A stretch of DNA of 64,000 nucleotides from Eremomyces bilateralis CBS 781.70 (lineage: Eukaryota). Positions within the stretch are counted from its first letter, which is position 1. Every line of letters begins with the position of its first letter. The translations under genes were made by a program, and so were the position numbers. The notes beneath the pieces were generated by a model, which did not search any database, was not told where the DNA came from, and saw only the letters and a list, made by a program, of their open reading frames with translations. The stretch is taken from NCBI GenBank assembly GCA_010015585.1, contig ML975153.1. The stretch is one strand, 5' to 3'. Of the stretch, positions 21,332 to 32,400 are shown one piece after another.

Positions 21332-23486
21332 ATGACGTGGAGAATAATGGAACGCTCTCGGTTCGCTGGATTGGCGCTGCTTCTCTCGCTTATCGGGATT
21401 CCGTCGGGGTCTTGCGAGCCAAATGCGTCCGCAGCTGCAATACTAGTACCTTATAGCCAGTACTGGTAAGTTGACCATCCGGACCCCTCAGTTCTATCCG
21501 AATCGAAGCTAATCGGGTCTGCGTAGGGACGGTGACGATGGGCCATGGTCTTCCTTCTCGATCCAGATCGGTACGCCTCCGCAGCGATCAAGATTATTCG
21601 CGTCGACCCGTAGTACTAGTTTCTGGGTACCAGTACCAGAAGGATGCACGAAGGACGACCCGGATGATTGCGGTGAGAACCGCGGGTTCCTGTTTAACAC
21701 CGGATCCTCGACCAGTTGGGAGAGCAAAGGATTATACGAATTGGAGACATACGAAGAGGCCAAGTTAGGCCTGTCCGGGAATGGGCTCTATGGCTTCGAT
21801 TCGGTCACGATCGGGTGGCCTGGGGATAATGGACCGACTGTCAGCAATCAAGCCATCGCCGGCATTGCGACCAAGGATTTCTACCTTGGCGGCATCCCTT
21901 TAACTCCATGGGCGACCAATTTCACCGATATTCAAAATCCCTTCCCGAGTTTTCTGACGACTTTGAAGGACAACGGATCGATTCCGAGCATTAGTTGGGG
22001 ATACACCGCTGGAGCGTACTATAACGCGCCGCAAGTATTTGGAAGTCTGATCCTTGGTGGTTACGATTTAGCCAGAATAGATCCGACCAAGCAACAGGTG
22101 TCTCTTTCGCTGGGCTCGGATGTCTCACGGGAGCATCTCATCGCCGTGCAAAATATCACGTTTACCTCGGGCTCATCCCCTCAAAACCTCGCAGCTGCGA
22201 GCGACGGCATTTTTGCAAACATCAACACTAATGTGGGTGGGATGTGGCTGCCGAAGCCCGTCTGCGATCGGTTTGCGGAGGCGTTTGGAATCACATTCGA
22301 CAATAGGACGGACCTCTACCTAATCAACGACACCCAGCACGAAACTCTGAAGCAATCAAATCCGTCAGTCACCATGCAACTTGGCGGGTCGCTTATCGAT
22401 GCTTTGTCCACCGACATTGTTCTTCCATATTCGTCATTAGCCTTGCAAGCCAAGTCTCCTTTCCTAAAGGGTTCGGCTGGTAGCGAAGCACGCTACCTCC
22501 CTATCCACGTCGCTCCGAATAACACCGCATATACCCTCGGACGCGTCCTCCTCCAACACGCGTACGTCTTCACCGACTATGAACGCATGAACTTCACTGT
22601 TGCCCCCGCACTTCTCCCCGGTGCGACCAACCCAACTGCCGAGATTGTCCCCATCCGAGTCCCAGGTTATGTAACCACCACCAAAAGCAGCAGCCTCGGC
22701 GGTGGGGCGATTGCCGGGATCGTCATCGGCGTCGTTGCCGCCATCACTGGGGTCGCTCTGGTGTTCTGGTTCATGTACCGGAAGCGACGACAGCAGGCAA
22801 CAGCCGCAAAGGAAGGATCTCAAGAAGATGACGTCCAGGAAACAGTGGAGCAACGGCCAGCCGATGTCGTCGCAGCCGGCGTCGTCTACCCAAAGCACGA
22901 GATGGACGCTATTGAAACCACCGTCCATCCAGGTGGCGTAGATCCGAAGACGAAAACAAATGACTTCTACGCTGTGGAGGCGCCCGGCGAGAATGGCCGA
23001 GTGGAGCTCGCGGATGGCATCAAGGCGAGTGAACTGCCCACGGATCTGCACGACGGGAAGACTGGCACAGAACTTGGTCCGGTCGATGGCGTGCCCAGTG
23101 GACTTTTCGAGATGGATGCCGGATACACTGGATCGGAGATGCACACTCCCATCGATACCCCGGGCATCTCGCGAACCGGAACCCCTGTTGGCGCGAATCC
23201 ATCGGTCCCTACGGAGTACGTCGAGCGTCCACAGCTGCAGTACCAGCAAATGTTCGATGAGCAGCAAGTGGCGCGGCCGCCTCACGCAGTCGACCTCCGC
23301 GATGACGAGTACGTGGACACGTGGGGCTCGTCGGCGGGTCGGAGTCTACCACCCAGCGGTGTGAGCAGTGAGACCTCCCCGACGGTCATGGGAAGTTCCC
23401 TGGTGAGTCCCACCAGCGCGACGAGGTCAACACGACCGAGTCCGTTGGCTGAGCATGTGAAGCCGGTGGAGAGGGGGCAAGATTAA
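21332..23486 (+). CDS. Membrane-anchored pepsin-like (A1) aspartic protease homologue, predicted catalytically inactive
   Basis: Exon 1 21332-21465 (signal peptide), intron 21466-21526, then WDGDDGPWSSFSIQIGTPPQ…GSLILGGYD…YTLGRVLLQHAYVFTDYE. TM GAIAGIVIGVVAAITGVALVFWFMYRKRR and a long cytosolic tail. Confidence 0.88.
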
Positions 23487-25188
23487 GACTTCTAATACCC
23501 CCAATCATGCGCGACGCTGCATAGGAACAAGAAGACGCGCTTGGTGAAACCTGGCGGACCTTAAATTTCGCTATCTTTTCGACATTTCACCAAAGTGGTA
23601 TATTCTTCGGTCATTCACTCTCTTCCTGGAAAACCCCGCGGTGGCCATATCAGTAAATCTGAGTTGCAAATCCCTTTGAGCAGGATGGGCCTGAGAGGGT
23701 GTAGTACGTGAAAGGACGTGCAGCGGAGCGAAGACTGGGATGACCATGACGGGAAGCACAACAAGTGCCTGGCCTACCAATTGGACAAGTCTTGGAAGAT
23801 TTATCACCGTCTCCACTTATGGCTGAACGTCCGTTGCACGTTCCGACCGTTCACTTGACATAGTCAGGGGGTAATAGCACCGGATTCGCTTATGATAGTG
23901 GTGTGTGTAAAGGAGTAAAGACATTTTGGAGGATCTAGGAGTGTATATACCGATGGGTTGTTCGGGTGTTTCGTGTATGGGTCGGTGTTTTCCTGACTAG
24001 TTCCCTTGTTATTGACCGGCGATCTTTCAGGTCCATTCCAGCACAAAGACTTCTAGTGGGGTGTGATAGAATCCCTTTATTACTTGCATTTGAACATGTC
24101 TATGTTGTATTCACCCCATTTGAGCGAGCTTTGTCTAGGGTGTCAATGATTTAGCAGGCTGATAGAAGCCAATATTGAAATCATAGGTAATGCCACTGAA
24201 CCATCCGCCGTTTCTGTGCTTCACCGAACGCCATGAGCTCCTTTGGCCTCGCCAATATCTTTTCCTCAAAATCCTGCACCCGGCAGTGAATGGTTAAAAG
24301 GTTGTTATGTCACACAACATCCGGGGTTGGTACTGGAGTCATGCTTCCGCCTCCAAAAACTATGAACGCTACCACTGCAAGTCGCCGTCGCCAGTACGGA
24401 GTGAGCACGGACTTCATCTCTGGACAGACACGGGGCTTGAAGACCGTTGGTAGCCCACGGTCAAGTGAAAACGTCTCCCGGTTACGGCTACGGGGAGTAG
24501 GAAGAAGAACGAGGATATGGCAGAGGCGAAGGAGGTGATATATATGCTTACATGTCTAGCGTACAGATGACCTGAATAATAACCTACTACTAAACTTTGA
24601 CATGTCACCTCGTCCAAAGTGAAATATGCTAGTGTCCCATATCTCTTCCAATCCCTTCCCCGAAGGCCTACGCCAGGCAGAGCAGTCGATGAAAAGATGT
24701 GTGCAGCACAACGGTCTGGAGGCAGTGTAATACCAGAGTCGTACTGCAGTGATTCCAAAGATGGGTGCCACCAATTGCACGCTTGGACCGCCAGATTCGT
24801 TCCCCGTACTGGAACTGGAATCTGGTGCCAGTAACACTGATGAGACTCAGTGGTTGGACATGGCCAGTCAAGCCAGTCTGTCCGCTGGTGGCGGGACGAA
24901 TGGACCGATGTTACGAAATGACTGCCAGGCGGCATGGAATATGGAGAAGAGCAAAGGAAGTTAAGTTGCATTTTGAAGTGTTTTAGTATTTACATCAGGA
25001 ACACGGAAAAACCTGTGTTAGTCATCTATCACTACACTGAACTGGCAGGAGCCACCTTCGAACATTTTTAACAACGATAATCAGTCACTAATGCCGGTAA
25101 TGTGAGCTTTACACCAGCATCAACACCACCTTGGCTCTACCAAAACTTATACAGAATGGATTCGAATTAGCCTGGATTAGATAGTTCT

Positions 25189-26180
25189 CTATTGGAGCGT
25201 TGAGATGATAACCAACCTTGTATGAGTGCTCCATGGCGTGCAGGATGTCACGTCGAAACAGAACTCAATCCGAATTCGAGAATGAGCTAGCATCTCGACA
25301 GTTGAAAAGAGCTCGCATGAAGAGCAATGGTTGAACTCGGGGAACGTGAGAACATAGAGTGCCCGATCATCTTTATTCCTCTTTGGATTATCTTCGGTGT
25401 CGGAGACTACCCTCTGGAACTTACTAGATTCGAGAGACGCAGTAGAGGGAGAAGGGGCTCGAAATAATGACGAGGTTCGAAGAGGAGTTGGACTGAGATC
25501 AGTAGGATCAGGTAGTATTGTTTCGGGAAACCTCATCCACAGCGTGTAGTATGACATAGCATGAGCTCTCTCGCGCTCGGACACTCGTTATTACGGGTCG
25601 CTGAGAATTTCCGGTATGATTTCTTCGGGTTGACTTTCAGCTCATACGGCATCTCGATCGCTTGGAGTTCATCCTCCGCGTATAAATTCGGGAGGGTGCC
25701 CCAGATCGTTGCGATACAGGCGATCTTGCTCCGTTCGATGCGCTTGAATATGGCCTTGTCCTGGAGCTTATCCATGGAATGCACCACGGCCCAATAATCC
25801 TCGTCGATCTGCCCGGCAAAGGTGCCGTAGAAGTATTTGCGAAATGGAATTGTGTGGATTTCAGGAGCCAGAGGCTGATATGGCTTTCTGGTTTGTTGTT
25901 GTTGGTTGTGGTCGTGGCGCCACCTCTCTGGCCCAACATTCCCGCGTTTAGGTTTATTTCGTTCTCACCCCTTTAAGGATGAGACAGCATGCCCCCATCT
26001 TGGTTGCTATCCTCATTCTCCACGGCGATCGTGTTTGGACCTTCATTGGATAGAGAAACGGTAGCTTCAATGCCACCGAAGTAGATGGTGTTCGTCACAT
26101 CGAAATCAAACTCTATCCCCACTCGATAATGTGGCGGCACATTATTAAAGAGATTCTCATCCTGGGGGCTAGCGATTTTC
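25189..26180 (-). pseudogene. Degenerate coding sequence of unknown family
   Basis: Consecutive protein-like minus-strand segments in different frames: …NVPPHYRVGIEFDFDVTNTIYFGGIE…*, …PFRKYFYGTFAGQIDEDYWAVVHSMDKLQDKAIFKRIE…, …AMSYYTLWMRFPETILP…. Confidence 0.3.
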
Positions 26181-26580
26181 CTGGCCTTTCTGCCAGTTAA
26201 TTATAGGCTGCAAGGAACCCCAAATTGTATAATTTGCGATGCATTCTTCTCAAGTCCAATTTTACACCTTGGTGATGCATTCAGTGTCTTCAGTGTGACA
26301 ACGATTGGATAGTACTGTAGTATCCGAAAATCTGCTCGTTAATATAAAAAATATATAAACGGTAAATGTTACGTTGTCATAATTTAGAGCCTACGACCGT
26401 AATGTAGAAAGAAAAGCTTTCGATAACTATACGAACTTAACTACTCTAGAGCCAAGGAAAAAAGAAAATACAAACGGGCGCTAACGATATGGTAAGTAAG
26501 CAATCAATTCATCACATGAGGTATGAACACACTCTGGGGCATCCTCTACCTTTCCTCTCATAAACTAGTAGTACACCAGC

Positions 26581-26795
26581 TCCTCACATGCACAGCGGTT
26601 CCTCAGCCCACTGCAGAAGTCCCCCGGACCTGTAGCTCAATATCCTCTATTTTCTTCCGTGGATCCCTGTCCCTGATACTCTGGCGCATATAGACATCGA
26701 TTCCTCACATGCACAGCGATTCCCCAACCCATTGCAGGAGTCTCCCGGGCTTGCAGCTCAGTATCCTCCATTCTCCTCGAATTTCCTTGACCCCT
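26581..26795. repeat. Diverged direct repeat, period 121 bp
   Basis: 26581-26647 versus 26702-26768 align without gaps with 10 mismatches in 67 nt; weaker similarity continues for about 25 nt. Confidence 0.9.
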
Positions 26796-27916
26796 AAGGA
26801 GACCTGGTGAAGAACCTCTTAACCGTCGCTCCAAACTTTTGAAGCATCCCTTTCTTGGCGACCTTCGCGGCAATCCCCGCTCCATCTTTCGCCGCGACGA
26901 CATAGTCCAGACCGATGGAGAAAGCTTTTGAATCGAGTTGGAACGCGGCGTTCATGAGAAAAACTCTTCAATCCTCGTCCTGTCACTTATATTGAGACTT
27001 GGACTCTCCGTGGCGGCGATGACCGGAAAATCTAGCTTTTCAGGCAAGGCGATAGTAGCGGAGTCGAATTCCTCGGTGGTTTCAACTGGCCTGACTTGAG
27101 CATACTCGGAGCTATGTAATGCCACAATGCTCTTCTCAGACGCGGTATGTTCAGACTTGCTCTCACCGCCGTGGCTCTCGATATCGGGAATGTTAAGTTG
27201 TAGGCAAATATGGCCATGTTGCCGATTGACAGGACTTGAAGAGATTACTGAAACAAAGTATTAAGGAAAGATTGTCCATTCTAGTCGCTCCTCAAACTTT
27301 GAAGGCCTAGGCAATTTGAAGACAGAGAAAGAAATTGGCAGGAGTACTGGCACCGAGAGATTGTGGACGCAGCGTGAAACCTTCCGAGCAAGAACTGGAC
27401 GAAAGGAGGACTCCAAGACAAGAACGGGACTCTGGCGAACATAGTTTATCGAATGGCAAATGAGAGCAGGCTTCTTTTCGATGTAGTTTGCAGGCGAAAC
27501 ATATAGTTACGATAATTGTGGGTGGCCTGAAGCAAGCAGAGTACAACAATTATTAGAGCCCCCACATCCATCGAGGTTTTGCTGATGATACTAAAGCGTG
27601 ATAATCGGTCATCCTATGGAAGAGTATATTTGAACGCAACTGTTTTACTGTCACCGCTTAGTCGTCTCTCATCGCTGGTAATAGTAGGTTGATCAATGAA
27701 TGGAAAGAGACATGGAATACAACCCCCATCCCTTCCTAGGTAAAGGGCACATTCAGGATTTGGGAAGATCTTGTAAATACCAGGAGTTAAAGGAATTCTG
27801 TGGCATGGTAGTCAGTGGTGCAAGCTGAAGGAGGTCGAAGTGGGTATGGATAATTATCGGCGATTTGATACGATACTATCAATCAAAAGCCACCTTATTA
27901 GTTGGCCTACGGCCCT

Positions 27917-28576
27917 TTAGAATCGGAGTTGATCCATCTCCTCGATTTTCCAATATTTCCGCATATTCTCAGCGGTAAGTTCATCCACTTCTTCCTTCAT
28001 ATGTGTCCATAGGATGTTCCCGAACTCGTCCATGATGGCCTTCAACTCCTTCAACCTCAGCTCCTGCTCACCATTCCTGCAGCCCTCCAGATATGCCTCC
28101 ATTCTCTCCAAACCCGGATGAATGAGGTCATGCTGATTTAGTAGCTCAGGACCATCTGTGGAACCATCTGCTAGCTTCCTCGACATATGGCGCTTGAATG
28201 AAGGCATCCGTTTCGCCAACTTTGGGAAGACATAGGATTCTTCAATGCTATGATGCATCTAGAACGGTCAGCTGGTATCAAACACTTAACTGAGGGACGT
28301 ATCGTACACTAAGCTTCGTGCAAAATTCGAGTCCAAGTTGGATAAATTGACGAATGGACATGCCCGCAGGCCGCTTGTTGGCCTTACAAGCGTCATGCAA
28401 AGTGGTCCACGACTGTCGGAAATGGTTGTGCTAGGCACCGGTGAGCAAATGGTATCGGAATATCATGTTTCCCATACATAGTACTCCATCATCTCTGCCA
28501 AGTGGTTATATCTTTTGAACTCCGCCGCTGAAAGTGGTGGCAATGACTCCGCCATATCCTTTTCGGTTGCCGCCAT
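27917..28576 (-). CDS. Hemerythrin HHE cation-binding domain protein (3 exons)
   Basis: MAATEKDMAESLPPLSAAEFKRYNHLAEMMEYY / HNHFRQSW…FCTKLS / MHHSIEESYVFPKLAKRMP…QHDLIH…HMKEE…AENMRKYW; His/Glu ligand pattern intact. Confidence 0.9.
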
Positions 28577-29469
28577 ATTCAGATTCGAACGACGACAGCT
28601 TGACCCAACGGAATAACTAACAGAACTCTGAAATTGAAATGGAATGAACAGCTGAAAAGCCCTTCGTGCGATACTATGAATTATATACCGACTCCTTGGC
28701 CAAACGATACATCGCTGCATTTGCTGACAATTGTTCGGATATCGTAGGTTCTGAAGTGAGAAAACGCTGTAGATGTAATATTTGGTGGCGAGCTGACCTT
28801 GAACGTTTCCTAGGGAGGGCTCTAGCTACTAAGAGCTCTGCGCCTTTGTTCGAGTCGGAATACCATCACCAGTTCATCACCGGGGGACGTAGCATTTGAA
28901 GATACCGATATTTGAAAGACCGAGGCTCGATATAAGCTATAGGATTCAGTTCCGTCCGATGACGGACTATAGTAGTTCATTCTCCTACCTATAACTAGTG
29001 TTTTGGGGTTGCCTCCTTGGTGGTGCCAAGGCAACAAGCTGAAGGCATGATTAGGCAGCAGATCTTGCTGCCCGACTCAAATCAATGCAGGGGGTTAGAT
29101 CATGTGCAGGGGTCATGTGGCTGATCGACATCGAATGTGGCTTGACACTGCTCAGATCCCAGTCCAGCTGGGGAAGTCGCGATGGACGTCAGGTCAAGAA
29201 GGTCGCGGCAAGTTCGGAATATCTGTTTGATCCTCCATCTCTCTTTTGAATCTCAATACCCCTCCCTCATGCCTGGAGACTGGATCATCGTTTAAGATCC
29301 ATCTAGGAAATGCGAAGTCGATCATCGGGCCGGGCAGTTTCGCATATTGTTCGACAATCGCTGCGGCGCGCATTGCATGCCAATACGGAATCCACTGGGA
29401 TCAATTCAAGCGTGAAGAGCACCGCACAATGATGCACTGAATACACGCACAATCGAAAACGACGCGGAT

Positions 29470-32400
29470 ATGGATCAAGCAGAGACTGGCAAACTGGCCG
29501 GTGGGCACAATGCAGATACCCGATATAGACCGCCAACTCTGGAGGAGGCTCTGGCATACACTCCAGTCACTTCGATCTTGCCTTTCAATCCAGGTACGAT
29601 ATGGTTCTTAACTATACGGACGCAATTCAATGCTATTTGCCTTCTCACGAGGAAGCATATCCTGTTAACGCGTGTCTGCATGTCAACTCTTGCATAAGGT
29701 CAAGAGTGACTGTTACCTCTGAGTAACTGGTTTGAAGCAACTACTGACCGGTAATCTGATTATAGAGATCATAAGCGCCCCATCCGTGAGCCCCCCGATC
29801 TCATCGACAGCTTTTACACCTTCGAAGGAGCGCGAGACTGGCAAAGTGGAGCTGGAGAACCTCGGTCGATTGGCACAAGAGGCACCAACTTCAGTCAGAC
29901 TGGAACAGACTTTAAAACACCTAGGTGATCTGCTACAGAGAGATGGGTTGACTCAATATAAGTTTGCGAAACCTCCTGGTTTCACTTCGGAAACAGCGGC
30001 ATCGTCATCGAGGCCTTCTAAGAAGCGAACAGGCCAAAGTGCTCTCGATGAACTGTCACCCTTCGCGAAGATGGTCTTAAAGCGAACCAATGTCGATTTT
30101 GCATATTCGAAAGCACCGGCATCGACTGCCAAGTCGCGACAGCAGAGAACGCCATCAACGACTCCAGTTTCCATGCAATCCCCGGGCACTCGTCAAACCA
30201 TCAAGGCGGAAAGCAGGACGCCTACGGTTGAGAGGAAGTCACCGCTTCCACCACCAGTTCGATCGGCGCATATGGAGGTCAAACCGCGCGTAACACCACC
30301 ACATCTGGAACGGGCACCCTCGAATAATCAATCCCAAGTATCCAGTATGGGATACGTGGAAGTTCAATCTCAGAACGCGACCGCCATCGACCATAATGCA
30401 TCGATGACGATCAATCCATCTTTACTGATGAAGGCCCCCCCTCAGCCAACTTCACAAGTCATTATTCCGCCGCCGTCGAGCCCTCTGAGTAGCGTTCCTC
30501 CATCATCTAACCCCCAGCCTCCATCCCAGCAGTCTACTTCAAAGCACAGTGCTCCTCCATCTCAAACTCCAAAAGAGCCCGTTGTCAAGCGTCAGTTGAA
30601 TGGGAATGACATGATCATGACCCCGTCCATTCCGAGCTCCTCTCAAGCCGACTACGTTGCGGATCCACGAATTGATGCTCGCGTTGCTGCTAGAGACACC
30701 TTTAATATCTCGAAGAAACGAATACACGATGAGATGACAGGCGGTGAAGGTTACGTCTCAATGAGCGTCGACGTCCGACACAAGGCAAACGCAGAATTAC
30801 ACAAGTTGTTGGAGCTGGTGGAAGACCTGCTAGAGACAGAAAATGCATGGGATCCAGACGCATCACAGGTCAATCAATCAGATGTTGGTCGCTACTTCAT
30901 CATTGGTGCATCATGGGTCGACCAAGATGCACCTAGCTCGTCTGTTCCCCGTTTGCTTCCCCAAACGCAAGCAAAGCTGGACAAGGCTATACAAACGGTC
31001 ATCTCGGCCAAGAGGTTCCAAGAGGTATCCGCGGACAGCTTGGTGCGAATACAAAGAATGTGCGAAGCATCAATTGTGCCGGTTGAAAGGCTGAAGCTTC
31101 TTGTGAGTGGCTCCTGGACCGATCAGGATATTCAAGATTGGGCCGGCAGCCTTGCCACTGCGGAGCATGGAATGCAAGCAGCAAAATTGCTATTGCGTAT
31201 CATGTGTGCAGGAAGAGAAGAGAAGGTCCTGTATTCGGAACATTTGGTCCGCCAGACTCTTGACGCGGTGAAACATGTGCTTGAGATGTGCCTATTGCCA
31301 GCAGTCGAGACGAGGAATATGGAAGCTCAAGCCGACGTATTCCGTATATTGGCTACACACAAGAAGCCATTGTCCAACCTCATGGCGATAGTCGGCCGCG
31401 TCTTCAGGCTTCTTGGCGATCTTATTGCGAAGGTGGACGTCGCGGAAACGGCTATCAATTCAGTCGAGGACACTGCCGTCAAGCTCATCTTTGTGGAAAA
31501 TGCTCATGCAGAAAGGGACTCGGCGCTTGGCACACAGAAATATGAGACACTCCGTCGTACCGCCATGGACACTTTGGCGCGAGTGTTCGCCAAGTACTCC
31601 GAAATGCGACAGGGAATTTTCAACGACATTCTTACCAGCCTGGAACGGTTGCCGGTGCAGAGGCAGTCCGCGCGGCAGTATCGCCTCATTGAGGGCAAAC
31701 CCATACAACTCGTCAGTGCTCTGCTGATGAGATTGGTTCAAATGGCTGGCGCACCCCTGCGTGAAGACGCCCGAAGGAGGGCAAAGGCTGCAATGGCCAA
31801 TGGTGGAGAAAGTTCGGATGAAGACGAGGAAGACATCGAAAGTGATGAAGAGCCACTGGCGAAAACCAAGCCCCAGGCTGTTGTCCAAGCTATGGACCTT
31901 GATATGGTTGGTGACATGACTATCTCCACTGCAATGAAGGAGCTTAGGAGTATTAGTACTCCTTTGTTCTCGAGTGCACAGCAAAGTGCGAGACACCTGG
32001 TTGGTTTCCTCGTCTCGAAAGCTCTAGGCGCTACCAAGACTGGAGATACTCCGTTCCGAAATCTCCTGGACATTTTTGTTGAAGATTTCTTGAACGTTCT
32101 CGGTCACGCGGAATGGCCTGCAGCCGAACTGCTTCTGCAGACCCTCCTGACGCAGATGGTCGGTCTTGTGGAAACCGACAAGATGGCCACCAACGCAAAA
32201 GTCATGGCTCTTGACCTGATGGGATTGATGGGCTCTGGCATCTCCGATGTTCAGTTATATGTGCAGCACAATTACCGGTCTCTCGATACTCGGGATTCCG
32301 ATCTTTCTGTCAGACTATCGATCATCGCCGATACCGTCCTCGAAGAGCGACAAGCAGATCTCGACGGCCTGGAATTCGACGGCCCCTATCGAACCGCTAT

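Noticed and set aside
23500..25000. Short ORFs including 24414..24971 (185 aa)
   Set aside because: No recognisable domain in any frame; possibly decayed sequence, but not supportable.
26637..26760. Selenocysteine or other recoding of the shared TGA codons
   Set aside because: Dikarya are not known to have Sec machinery, the same frame also has TAG stops, and the repeat period is not a multiple of three.
29680..29730. Small hairpins in the 172-nt SCC2 intron as a possible intronic RNA
   Set aside because: Short stems without C/D or H/ACA boxes; could arise by chance.
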